Below are positions 12,540 to 26,199 of a stretch of DNA of 64,000 bases, one piece after another (position 1 is the first letter of the stretch; each line of letters starts with the position of its first letter). This DNA comes from the human T2T-CHM13v2.0 reference genome, Homo sapiens: assembly GCF_009914755.1 (NCBI RefSeq), contig NC_060932.1; one strand, 5' to 3'. The notes under the pieces are model-generated. The model ran no database searches, was not told the DNA's origin, and saw only the letters and a program-made list of their open reading frames with translations. The position numbers and the translations under genes were made by a program.

Positions 12540-13090
12540 CTCTCCAAGACACTTCTCCATGATGTCTGGTCCGGACTTTTATCATCTCTTGCCCCGACTA
12601 CTGTAAGGGCTTCCTAACCCATCAAGCCTACCCTCCTCACAGCCACCAGAATGATCTACTTAAAACTCCAGTCTGACCAGATCATCTCCAGCCCCGCCTT
12701 GCTCCTGGGCACACAGAACATCTTCACCTCCAACTTCATACTGCTTTTTTCTGAACCTCGCGCTTTTGTTCGTGAACTGCTCTCAGGCCCCCTGCCTTTT
12801 GCATGATTAATTCCAATCTCAATTATAGTCTCAGCTCAGGTGTCACCTAGGACACCTTACTTGATTATAAACAGGACAAACACAGGACCAGCCCCTTCCC
12901 TCCCTCCTTGCCTGGAGTGAGAGTTCTGTGCCCTTATAACATTCTCGGCAGAAACAGCTCTGTGAGGCCACCTATTTGTATTGTGATGATCTGCTTCTAG
13001 GCTCACCTCTTCAGCTCTTTGAGGACAGGGACTGTGTGACCTCTGAACCTAACCCAGGACCCAGCACTGACTTAAGAGGAAGTGAGAAGG
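12540..13090 (+). mobile_element. L2 fragments
   Basis: Decayed L2 motifs (cagccaccagaatgatc, cagctcaggtgtcacc, tgaggacagggactgtgt). Confidence 0.65.
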
Positions 13091-13810
13091 CTCTGGTGAA
13101 GATAGAACCACCAATAGACCATAGGAGACGAGGGGTTCTGTCCCAGCTGGGTCCCATCCGCATATCCTAACCCTATGCCTCAATTTCCTCCAGGAGAAAG
13201 CTTGGGGGAGGGGTGAGGAGAAGCAGTAGGAATCGAAGTGACTCGGAGGAAGCGGCTTCCATTCATTAGCATTTGTAAAGGGCTCTGAGCGCTGCAGATG
13301 GAAGCTGCTCCGCCAGGCAGCTTGTTAGGACTAAAAATAGAGTTGTGTAGCACCTTCTCGGCAGAGCTCAGGAAAGGGCGGAAGGGGTGAGAAAATAGGT
13401 AGCCAGAGGTGGAAGTAGCTGACCAAGTCCTAGCGGGTAGTACGCACCACAGTAAAACACCACGGGGGCCGCTGGGCACCGCCGAGCGCCAGGCTGGTGA
13501 ACTGACCCGCAGCGCACCCCATCTGTGTGGGAAGGTCGGGGCAGGGGACCCAGGGCGGGATGGCGGTGCTGGACCCCGATGAGGCCCCTTCACGGCCACT
13601 AGGGGGCAGGAGTGCGGGGCGGGCAGCACGAGGGGGCAGGTGTGACCGTGAGAGAGGGAGGCAGGCGGCGAGGCCAAGGGGTAGGTCACCAGGCGGGGAC
13701 CTGCAGGGCCAGACGCCGAGCCCTGGATGCGAGGTGGGGGTAGACAGAAGGGCTGGGGCGGCCCGGGGAAGAACCAGTGCTGGACGGGGCTAGAGGCCCA
13801 CGTTCTCCTG

Positions 13811-13828
13811 TGACTCAGGTCTGACTCA
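13811..13828. promoter_or_regulatory. Tandem AP-1 sites
   Basis: TGACTCA at 13811-13817 and 13822-13828. Confidence 0.5.
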
Positions 13829-13950
13829 ATGCCATTTCTGAAACAGCCTGGGGGGCGGCGGGAGGGGGAGGGAAGGTGTTTTTGCGAAAATGACAAAACA
13901 ACTCCTTGCTCAGGGCAGCCCGGGAAGAGCGGCGGGCGGATGGGAATTAC

Positions 13951-14149
13951 CCCGGGTCCCCCTGCGGCGTCTCCCGCTGCCCACCCACGGGCGGTGACGG
14001 TGGCGGTGGCGGCGGCGGGACCCCGGGCCTGGCTGCGCGCTCCACCTGCGCCTCCAGGGCGTTGGGCGGGGGCCGCACTTTCCCCGCCGCGAGGTGGAGC
14101 GCGCCACCGCCCCCCCGGCCGCGCAGCGAGAAGGAGCCTCGGGGAAGAG
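13951..14149 (-). other. Putative first exon (exon A) in the CpG island; TSS uncertain
   Basis: Donor GACCCGGG|GTAATT (intron starts 13950). A possible acceptor gccttgccttttttag|CTC at 14150/14149 means it could also be an internal exon. No AUG in 13951-14149. Confidence 0.6.
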
Positions 14150-14944
14150 CTAAAAAAGGCAAGGCGCTGCTGCCGGTGCCGGTGCCGCAGCCGCCGGGGA
14201 AGGAATTCCCTCCGCCCGGGCGCACGCGGCCCCCCGCCCCCGCCCCATCCTGCTCAGAAAAGCCTCGGATGCTGCCCGGGAGGAGGAGGCAAAGGAAGAC
14301 TCCGTTCCAGCCACCTCCCGCCGCCCGGATCCCAGAGGAAAGGGGAGAGGAATCTCCCCACCGGATCTGGTGGGCGGAAGATGGGCCACGCGGGAAGGAG
14401 ATCGGCGGCCACTCCCGGGGGCGCGAGCGGCGGCGCCTAGAGGGACCCCCACCCCGGGCTCGAACTCCCGACAAGACTGAGCGCAGGGCCCACCCCGGCT
14501 GTCCCAGCTCGGGCGCCCCAAACCCACAGCTCCCACTCAGGACACGCGCCTCGAGGTGTGGCCCGGCGCCGGGCGGTGCTGCCCGGAGAGCGCGCAGCCC
14601 CCAGCCGGCCGCGCCAGCGCTGCGCCCACTCTGCTCTCCCAAACCCAGGGCGTCATCGGCTCCACGCCTGTCCCCTTTCAGAGCCAGAGACGAGCCCCAA
14701 GAAATCAGGAAATAACTTCACTTGCCAAATTTTAGTTTTCAGAGCAATTCCACGACACCGTCTTGCTTGTCTCACAGTCACCCTGGCGTCTCCATTTGAC
14801 AAATGAAGAAATGGGAGACTAAGAAAACTTAATTATCAGCCTGCGTTAGCTAATATATGTACGACACAAGGCCACGCAGGCCAATCTTGGGTCCTGTGGT
14901 TCAGAAACTTTCATCTGGTCCTTTTCGCTATCCTTCTCCGGGGT

Positions 14945-15235
14945 CTTTTCAAGCATTTAACATTTTGGGGATGCCTGTTTTGTACCCAGCAAGACGCTGA
15001 GGACAGAGAGATGAACAGCCACTCTCTGACCTCAAGGAACTCACAGTCCGGTGAGAAAGAGAGAAAACAAAATTACAGATTAAAATATGCTGTAAACCAC
15101 ACTGTTCTAAACACGGAAACAGATTCGGTAACTTCTCTAGGTCTCAATATTGTAGTGGTGCCACCAGGATTTGAACCCAGACAGTCTGACTCCAGAGGCC
15201 ACCCACACATAACCACTATACTAAACTGCCTCTTT
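14945..15235 (-). mobile_element. L2 3' fragment followed by MIR fragment
   Basis: gacctcaaggaactcacagtc; ggatttgaacccagacagtctgactccaga. Confidence 0.7.
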
Positions 15236-15269
15236 TGTGCTTAACTATATAGCCTTAAGGGGGTGGGGT

Positions 15270-15460
15270 GGGGGGAAGCAAATCACAAAACAGTATGTAC
15301 AGTATGCTTCCAATTAAAATACATATAAACACACAGGAAAAAAACAGAATATATGTCAAAATGATGAGTGATTTTTGTTTTCTTCTTTTTTTTTTATAAG
15401 CGCCATATTTTTCTTCACGGAATATGAATTTTATAATAAGAAAAAAGCAATAAATGTTAT
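15270..15460 (+). mobile_element. L1ME-like 3' UTR fragment
   Basis: caaaacagtatgtacagtatg...gtgatttttgttttcttc. Confidence 0.55.
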
Positions 15461-17149
15461 TAAAATACAGCTTGAATGCAAAGCTTCCAAAAGGTGGTGA
15501 TGTGTGAGTTTGCCCTAGTGGAAGTGGAGGAGCTAGTCCGGCTGGGAGATGGGGAAGGGGACCCCAGGAAGGAGAACTTTGTACCCCAGCTGTGCAAAGG
15601 ATCGGCAGGAGCATAGAGGCGGGTTGAAGAAATTGCAAGTAAATCTGTGTGATAGGAACGAAGAGGGGAAAGGGTGCAGGAGATGAGGCCTCAAATCACA
15701 TTTCTGGGGAAGCCCCTCGGGTAGAGAATTCCAGACCCCTAACATTATCCTAAAATCTGCCCTTTCCCTTGAAGACCTAAGAGAGCCATCCCAGAGTGGG
15801 CTGAGATTCCTGAAAGTTATTATTGTGTTATAAATCTTTTTCTATCTTTGGAGGTGAAAAAGCTGGATGTAGGACATTAGACTCTGTCAACATATTTGGG
15901 TCAGAAGGTGCCAAAGTGCTGGGTGGAGATCATCGAGGATGGGCTGTTACCATGCACATTTTCATTAATCGGGCCCGCTTCATAACTCAGGTTTACTCTT
16001 GCTCAGATCCGAGCCTGCGAAGATGTCGTGTCAATAACCCCCCAGCCCTTGTGCCGTTCTGCCCATCTCACAGAGGTCTCCTTAGCACACCAGCTTATTA
16101 AAGCACTAGATTTTCAGGTTGCGGAAGGCAGGTCTTGTCCTCCACACCTGGCCCAGCTTCTCAAAGTGCCCTGGGTTCCCCCTTTCCATGCTGGGGAACC
16201 CTGGACAAAGGCCAGTTCACTGCCCTTCCCCCTCTGGCTCCAGCCTTCTTGGAAACAAGCCTGACCCCTCCTCCAACCCCACCCCAAGAGTTGCAGCATT
16301 CAGTGCACAGAATGCAGACTAGCAGCTTCTCCGCAGATTCTGAGTTCCAAGCTGGAAATAGAGGGGCCTTTGCTCACGTCATTGCATGAAATTCACCATC
16401 TGCCACTTCAACAAGAGAGACTCAGGGATGTTGAATGTGAAAACTCGGCTCTTGCTTGGGCAGTTGACTGGATTTCAGGGTGAGGACCACATCTGGCATG
16501 TTAACCCTGGGACCTGGGTTACCAATATTAGAGATTTGGCCTGATACTTGTCCAATAGGTGATGAACCCATAGTTACAGATCTCCTTTTAAACAGTCACC
16601 TCTGTGCATGCACAGACCGTAGGCAATAGGATCTAGCCCAGCCCGGCTGGCAGGGGTCCAGGGTAGATTTGGCTGTTTGATAAGTGGCTGCCGACAGAGT
16701 TGAAGCCACTGCCCCAGACGTTGGGGGTTGGGTCCCCCTCTGTTTAGCTGCCTTGTCAGTAGAGAGGGAAGACAGACCATGAGGAGCCATTGTGAGCATC
16801 TTTGCAGGTCAGAAATGTCTATGCTTTTGCTGCTGGAGACGGGAAAACACCCCCCTGGTTTTCTCTTCTTACTGCTTTTTAGTAGTGAGCAGTCAAGGTG
16901 TTTGGGGATTTGTCTTTGTGATTGTCTCTTCAGTGTGATTTTTGGTAGCCTGGATTTGTTCGCCTGCTTTCAAGCCTCCAGGGAGTCTCAGAAAAGCTGC
17001 TTTCCTCTGGGTGTGCCCGGTGTGTGTGCTGCCTGCCTGCATTCTCTCCAACTCCCCAGTAAGTCCTGGGTAGAGGTAGGGGTGGGAGGAATTGGGTTTT
17101 ATTTTTCCTTTTTATTCCCCACAGAACTCAGCCCAATTTCATATACACA

Positions 17150-18102
17150 AACAACCCTGAACTCTAAACCCATCTGCCCAACATCTGTGTGCCTGACCTC
17201 TCCAGCAGGATGTCAAACAGTGTAAACAAAACATGTCCCCCTGACCCCTAAACCTGCTCCTATCCCTCTCAACTAATGGCAACTACGTCCTTCCAGTGGC
17301 TCAGGTCAAAAATTTTTGCATCATCTAGGATTCCTCTTTATCTCACCCCCATATCGAATCTAGCAGGAAATGCTGTTGGCTCAATATCTGACCACGTCTC
17401 ACCGACTTCACCTCCTCTGTCATCTCCTACCTGGATTATCACACTTAGCCTCCTTCCTTCCTTCCTTCCATCTGGGCATCCTGGGCAGCCTGTTTTCAAC
17501 ATGGTGGCCAGAGAAGTCGTGTTCAAACCTAAGTGAGGTCATCTCGCTCCTCTACTCAAATCCTTCCCATGGCTCCCCATTTCTCTCTGAGCAAAAGCCA
17601 CCAGACCCTACAGGATCTGCAGATACCACCCCAAAATCATCCTACATCTTTCTCCTCCACGCTACTCATTCCAGCCACACTGGCCTCCTTGCAGTTCCTT
17701 AAACACACCAGGCACTCCCCTGCCTCATGGCCTTTGTACTGGCTGGCCCCTCTGCCTTCTTTCTCTGCCTTCTTGGTTCCATCTTCATCCTCTTTGCTTA
17801 AATATCCCTTTCTCAGTGAAGTCCACTCTGCCATCCTATTTATGTTGTAAATGTCCCCTGTGCCAGTGCCTCTTGTCTCCCTTGTTCTGCTCTTACACTG
17901 GACTGGGTTCCAGATCGCTGTATGGTATACTTGTGTATGTTTTTCCCTATATATATTTATGTTTGTTTATTTATTTTTGTGTATGTCTCCCCTACCAGAA
18001 AGTGAGCTCCACAAGACTTGGGGCTTTGTCTCGTTCCTTCACAGATGCGTCCTCAGGACTTAGTGCCGGGCACAGTGCAAGTGTTTAAAGAATAAACAAA
18101 TG
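17150..18102 (+). mobile_element. L2 (L2a-like), ~950 bp
   Basis: Continuous L2 3' consensus (aaacctgctcct, ccagccacactggcctccttgcagttcc, gtgagctccacaag...agtgccgggcacag). Confidence 0.88.
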
Positions 18103-18247
18103 TGGGTTCAAAGTGAAAGGTGGTTACAGGCTCATGGACTTTCCCCAGGAAGCCATGCTCCCCCATAGCTGCTCTTGTTTTGGGCACCTCTTTCATAAGG
18201 AGCTGTGAATCTGCTGGACACACAAGAAGAGGGAACAAAACTGAAGG

Positions 18248-19412
18248 AGGCCACAGACTGGGAGAAAATACCCATGGAAAAAGACATACTTGATAATGGA
18301 CTGGGATCCGAAACATACAAAGAACTCTGAAAACATAACCATAGGAAAATGAATAACCCAATTAAAAAATGGGCAAAAGATCTGAACAGACACCTCACCA
18401 AAGAAAATATACAGGTCCCAAAGAAGCATATGAAAAGGTGCTCATGATATGTCACTAGTGAATTGCAAATTAAAACAACAATGACATACCACTATACACC
18501 TATTGGAATGGCCCAAATCCAGAACACTGACAACATCAAATGCTGATGACGATGTGGAGCCCTAGGAACTCTCATTCATTGCTGGTGGGAATGCAAGATG
18601 AGACATCTGCCTTCAAAGACAGTTTGGCAGTTTCTCACAAAACTAAGCATACTCCTAGCATACAATCCAGCAGTTATGCTCCTTGATATTTACCTAAAGG
18701 ACTTGAAAACTTAGGTTTCAAGACACAAAACCTGCACCAGCCAGCCTGGAACAAATCCAGGCTTCACACAAAAACCTGCACACAGATGTTTATTCATAAT
18801 TGCTAAAACTTGGAAGCAACCAAAATGTCAATGAATGGTTAAATGCACCATGGCACATCCATGCAATGAAATATTATTCAGCACTGAAAAGCAATGAGCT
18901 ACCAAGCCATGAAAAGACGCAGAGGAATCTTAAATGCATATTACTAAGTGAAAGAAGCCAATTTAAAAAGATTACATGCGGTAGGATCCTAACTATACAA
19001 CATTCTCAAAAAGGCAAAACTATGGAGATAGTAAAATATCAGCAGTCGCCAGGGGTCAAGAGTGAGGGAGGGGATGACTAGGTGGAGCATAGAGGATTTT
19101 TAGACAGTGAAATTGCTCTGTATGATATTACAATTGTGGAGACTTGTCATTATACATTTATCTAAACCTATAGAATGTACAACACCAAGAGCGTAACCTA
19201 ATGTAAAGTATGGGCGTTGGGTGAGAATGACATGTCAATGTAGGTTCCTCAAATGTAACAAATGCACCCCTCTGGTGGAGAATGTTGATAGTGAGTGGTG
19301 GGGAGTGGGGGAATGGGAGGAGTCAGGGGTGTATGTGGGAACTTTCTGCAGCTTCTGCTCAGTTTTGCTGGGGACCAAAAACTGCTCTAAAAAGTAAAGT
19401 CTATTGAGAAAA
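18248..19412 (+). mobile_element. L1MC-type 3' fragment
   Basis: L1 ORF2 C-terminal remnant (ORF 18800-19081 WHIHAMKYYSALKSNEL); 3' end aaaactgctctaaaaagtaaagtctatt. Confidence 0.9.
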
Positions 19413-20088
19413 AGTTGAATGGGCCACAGGTCTTTTCAAACAGTAGATCTGCAGGCTCTAAATGGCTACTTCTCACCTATCCAGAGAAGCCCTTGGGACC
19501 TCTGCCAGAGAAGGGGTTTTGTTTTGGAGCAACCCTCACCTCAAGATTCTCAGGATCAAAGATGGCCATTGATGAAGGTGGAAAGGGAACGTTCTGGAGG
19601 ATCCTCTACAGATGCACTTGGACTTGTTTCTTTCCTGCTCAACCCAGGAAAATAAAAGAAAGACTTCCTATTGCTACGCCTGACCCCCAATCCCAAAGTT
19701 GGGTGAAGCAGGATCCTTTAATCCACTGAAATGCTGCTGGGCCCTGGGGGTGAGGGGTCGGGGGTGGGTGGAAAAAGAAGCAGGAAGAGCTGGGATAGGT
19801 GACCCCGGAAAGCAGGAGCAAGAGTCCAGCCTCTGTCTAGAAGCGAACATCAAACAACCTACTGGTTTCTCTCTGACAGCAGTTCTGTCCTAAGGACAGT
19901 TCCCCTCTAGGCTTGGGCCCACATTTTGCACCCCCATCACTGTTGTGGGAAATGTAGTTTCATTTCTGCCCATGGGCACTAAAGGACCTAGGAAGACCTC
20001 TCTGGAATAATAATAGTCACTACAGATTTAGCTCCTCGTCCTGTACTAAGAGATTTACATCTATTATCATAATTAGTCCCCATAACAT

Positions 20089-20810
<722 letters not shown>

Positions 20811-21315
20811 TATAACATTCTTATGATATATGTATGAAATCAAGTAGCTTGAAAATGGTGGAGTCAGGATTTGGACATGGGTCTTTTTAACTCTATCCAT
20901 TGTCAGTAGAGTTAAGTCATGTGTGTACTGCACAGTGGCCCTCAGGCAAGAGGGTGACTAAAATCCAGACCCTGTCCCCGTTGCCAAGCCACACCTCCTG
21001 GCCTAGGGATGAATCAGGCCAAGAGACAGGACCCCTTTTTGCAGTTTGCACGAAGGTGCTGAGGATGCTGGCTGCAGCCCTGTGCAGTGGAACCTGCTCT
21101 CTGGGACTTGCCAGGGCCATGTGTGCCTTTTCTGTTAGGACAGGGGAAAGGGAAAGAAAATGAAAGTCTTTTGTTCAGTACGTGGAAAAATGAAGAGGCA
21201 GAAAAGTGATCTTTCCAATACCTTAAATGATGAAGGCACTGCCTTCAATGGTTTTAAGTCTTCCTGACTGTTTACTCTTAGCTACTTTGATTTTCTAGGT
21301 AAAACTGGTTTAAAA

Positions 21316-21608
21316 TTTTTGTTTTTGAGACAGAGTCTTGCTCTGTCACCCAGGCTGGAGTACAGTGGCGTGATCTGGGCTCACTGCAACCTCTGCCTCC
21401 TGGGTTCAAGTGATTCTCCTGCCTCTGCCTCCTGAGTAGCTGGGACTACAGGCATGCGCCACCACGCCTAGCTAATTTTTGTATTTTTAGTAGAGACAGG
21501 GTTTCCCCATATTGGCAAGGCTGGTCTCGAACTCCTGATGTCAGGTGATCCGCCCGCCTCGGCCTCCCAAACTGCTGGGATCACAGGTATGAGCCACCAC
21601 GCCCAGCC
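21316..21608 (-). mobile_element. AluS
   Basis: Full dimer. Confidence 0.95.
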
Positions 21609-21978
21609 TAAATTTTGATTCCTGACTTCCAGGGTCTTTTTACTAGATCAGGGAAGATTAGACATAGAAAGGGGAAGATTCTTATAGGCAAAATTAAATT
21701 ACAGCCTAAACTGAGTAAATTCTCACCAAAATCATTCTTCCCCAGGTGAGTATAAAGAGAAAGGGGCTGGAGAATCTCCCGAAGCTGGTACAGTTATTGG
21801 CGAGACTGCACCTGCATTGGTCTTTTTAAACCCATTAGAGTCTTAGTTATATATTTCTTCTTTCTCTTCATTGTCAGCCATGGAGGAAAGGATGCGATGA
21901 AAAGATGTCTTAGGAGACAACTTTATATTTTTCCATTTACGTTAAGTTCACCAAGATAGCATTTAAAGTAACCATGCT

Positions 21979-22286
21979 GGCCAGGCACAGTGGCTCATGC
22001 CTATAACCCCAGCACTTTGGGAGCTCAAGGCGAGGAGGATTGTTTGAAGCCAGGAGACTAGCCTGGGCAACATACTGAGATACTATCTGTGTGAAAAAGT
22101 ACAAAAAAAAAAAATTAGCTGGGCTTAGTGGCACAGGCTTGTAGTCCCAGCTACTCAATGGGGCTGAGGTGGGAGGATCGCTTAAGGCCAGGTGTTCAAG
22201 GCTGCAGTGAGCCGTGATTGTGCCACTGCACTCCAGCCTGGGCAACAGAGCAACACTCTGTCTCAAAAATAAACAAACAATCGAAC
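21979..22286 (+). mobile_element. AluJ
   Basis: Full dimer; TSD aaagtaacc. Confidence 0.95.
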
Positions 22287-22889
22287 AAAGTAACCCTGTG
22301 AATAGAGCTGTAGATTAAACATACTATACTCAGTGTAACATCATCATGGCCTGCTTGAGAAATTAATGTTGTCTTTAACATACCGATACTCATTTTTATT
22401 CCTGGGGAGATTACTTGCAGCTTGATGGGTACATGTGGAATATTGATCGGGAGGTCGGGGGGAGTCCCAGATCTTGATCTTGGGGGTGTTAGGAGAGATT
22501 TAAGAGTTCCCCCAGTGTGTGAACTTCAGGATTTGTAGGATTGGAGCCCCTCCCTGTTTCTCTAGCTTCCCTCAGCTGGCTGGTTACCACATTTGTCCCT
22601 AGCTCTAGGGGCAGTCAGTTTGCTAAGCAAATGGAGGTGAAAAGCCAAACCCAGCAAAAAATTCCAGGTCTCGACATCTTGGTCTTCCTAACTAGCTGTG
22701 TGTGTGTGGAGCCCATCCCGCAGCTGGGGCCTTGGGGAAAGTGTGGAGGCCACCAGAACACGGATGCCAGAAGCCCTGACTTGTGCAGCTCAAAAGCTTG
22801 AGGAACTTCAGTTAAAAGAAAATAAGGTTAGAATAGTGGAAAGGGAAAGAAGTGGAAAGCCCCTGTTTAAATACCTGGGAAAATGAAGA

Positions 22890-23600
22890 GGAAAAAAAAT
22901 TATTATTTCAATTACTATGAAAATGTATTTTATTAGAAGATGGGGATTCATCATTGACACTCAAAAGCCCGAAAAGCAATATCCCGCACTATAATACCCC
23001 TGCCTCCATGCAGGGAGAATGAGTTATTAAATTGGAAGATGAATGTTTCTCAGTTCAGTTAACTGCATCCGTTAAAAAAGAAATAGTTATAAACTTGCTG
23101 TGGGTCCTCAAACCCTCCCCGCTAAAGCTGTCTCTTGCCAGCCCCCAACCCTCTGTATCTTCAAGCATTTTGATACAACCCCCCTTTCGTATTTCTACGG
23201 CATATGAAAATTCAGGAGTAAGAAAGAAAAAAGTCAGCAAATTAAATGCAAACCAGAGGTTTTTATTATTATTATTTTAAAAAACCAGTTGCATATAGTT
23301 CAATTGTGGCAAAGTGCGACAATGTAAATGCAGTGCTTTCTTATGTATAACAGCTTTTCCTCCACTCCTATGGCAGCCTCAATAACGCAGCGCTTCTGTT
23401 CTGCATGAATAAATATGTATAAAATGTAATGCTGCAAAGAAAATCCGATAACTGAAAGATACCATTTCTTAGATTCCGGGAGCAACATGAGGCATCAGCT
23501 TTTCTGATTCTTTGGTATTTATGTGAAGAGCCATTGAAATGATAATTTGGAATTTATTATTTTTTTTCAGGGGCAAGTAATTTCCAGCTGTCCATTGGGG
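22890..23600. promoter_or_regulatory. Candidate conserved non-coding element (upstream enhancer)
   Basis: ~700 bp repeat-free AT-rich block with retained CpGs and SOX (ACAAT), POU-like (ATGCAAA, TGCATGAATAA) and homeobox motifs. Confidence 0.5.
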
Positions 23601-23928
23601 CTTTAAGAAATGGAGGTTCTGGTGGTCTACCTGCCCATCCTGTTTTCTGGGTGGGGTCTGTGACTTCTTCTCTGCTTCTCCATTCAGCCCATATACTCAC
23701 AGCCTGACCATCCTTTTCCTTCGCCACCTCAGGACTCAGCCTCGTTAGTGAAATAATGAATTTAGCCCTCGGAGCCAGCTGTGCTTTTTCGCCCCCGAGA
23801 CTCAGGTGCCTGATGAGTTGCAAGCTCAACACAATTCCCTGCTCACAAAAAGGGAACTCACTCCTTCCTCTCTCTAATCTTGAAATCGCATAGGATAGTA
23901 TTTTAGAAATAATGTATATGTGAGCCCC

Positions 23929-24146
23929 TTTTATTTTCTTTTTCCCCTTTCTTCTTTTTTTAACTTTTATGTTAGGTTCAGGGGTGCATGTGAAGGTTTG
24001 TTACATAGGTGAACTCGTGTCATGGGAGTTTGTTGTGCGGATTACTTCATCACCCAGGTATTAAACCCAGTACCCAATTGTTATCTTTTCTGCTCTTCTC
24101 CCTCCTCCCACCTTCCCCCTCAAATAGATCCCAGTGTCTGTTGTTC
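23929..24146 (-). mobile_element. Old L1PA 3' end
   Basis: ttcaggggtgcatgtgaaggtttgttacataggt...cacccaggtatta; TSD tgagcccc. Confidence 0.88.
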
Positions 24147-24269
24147 TGAGCCCCACTCCTTTTTATTTTTTTATTAAAAGAGGAAACTGCTTACAAACTT
24201 TGGCACTTCTTGTCTCTAACGTAAACACTTGGGACCCCGCTTCACAGTTAGTCTTGACTTAGTCCCCTG

Positions 24270-25040
<771 letters not shown>

Positions 25041-25494
25041 AAAGGATGAACCACCCAGAAGAGACAGTATCCAGCGTATTCTTCCAGTGCTCAGGATTTT
25101 CTTTTTGGCCTCATTCCAGGAGAGGGTTGGCAGGACAATACTTGGGAGCACTTGAAAAGCAAGAAACTCAGGAGAGAGGTCACCATCCAGTGATGAAGGC
25201 ACTACCAGTGATGACATGTTCTGTCTCTACCTCAACTTGCAGCCCAGGGGCACCTCACAAACGTGCTTCATCGATGACAGTGTATGTTTATAGCGCTTGT
25301 GTTGTTGTGAAAATAAACAGCACTTGAAGTGTAAAATTAGAAGTAAATAAATGAGTTAGGAATTATTTTCTCCACTGTTTAAACAAAGCTACTTCTCAGG
25401 TGGGACATTAGCTTCCTTGGAGCAAAGCCAAAATCTGGCTTGGTTAGCCAGAAAATGTAAACACATTTCTGTTAATGTTCAGGGTAGAAAGGAG

Positions 25495-25680
25495 AACCTC
25501 TCCCTTAACTGCTGTGTGAGGCTGGACTAGTTATTCAACCTCTCTGGGCCTTGGACCCTTATCTTTAAAATGAGGCTAATAGTGCCTCCTTCATTAAGTC
25601 TTTGCCAGGACTGAAATGTACATTTCATAGCATGATGCTTGGATCAGAAAAGCACTCCATATATATTAGCTATTTGAATT
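25495..25680 (+). mobile_element. MIR
   Basis: ctgtgtgagg...aacctctctgggcct...atctttaaaatgagg. Confidence 0.75.
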
Positions 25681-26199
25681 ATGATTTGGGTTTCAGGGAG
25701 TTTATTCCACCCTTATAAACATATCAAGTGGACACCATGTTTTGGTCTTTTCTCTCCTCCTCAAACCAGGCTGTGCTGAATGGGAATCCTCAAACAGCCC
25801 TCAGCCTCAGGGATAAGGTGTCCCAGCCATTTCTACTGTAATGGCTAAGAGCCCTTTTTGTCCAGTCTCTCCCTGTCCTCAGTTGTCCAGGTGAGGACAG
25901 CTGACTTTGGAATAGAAAGATGATGGGGCTACGTGTCCTTATTGTGAATCAAAACGTCAGGTCCATGTTTTGATTCTGAGGTCAGAATCAAACCAACCTC
26001 CTGGTTGGTTGGCAGGTCCTTGGGACTTTTGTGCCTTCAAAATGTCAGGTTATTTGCCCTGACTCCAGTAGCCCAGCACGACCCAAGTACTACATTCTTG
26101 GGCAGAGCCAGCCAGAGCCAGGAGGCACTGACTTTGTCTCTCCGTAGCCAAATGGCTGGGAAACTAGCTGGGAGGAGAGGAGGTGAGGCCAGCAGCTTG

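Larger units (their letters stand above)
13380..14760. promoter_or_regulatory. CpG-island promoter
   Basis: ~1.4 kb of very high GC with dense CpG, multiple GC boxes (e.g. CCCCGCCCCCGCCCC ~14232-14247) and G-runs. It is the only large CpG island in the window. Confidence 0.92.

Noticed and set aside
13180-14806. Overlapping long ORFs (203-269 aa) on both strands
   Set aside because: They arise from stop-codon scarcity in the CpG island. They are low-complexity Pro/Arg/Gly/Ala with no recognisable domain and mostly non-AUG starts. Only the spliced A-C frame is kept as a hypothesis.
16601-16616. 16-bp perfect palindrome TCTGTGCATGCACAGA
   Set aside because: About one such palindrome is expected by chance in 64 kb.
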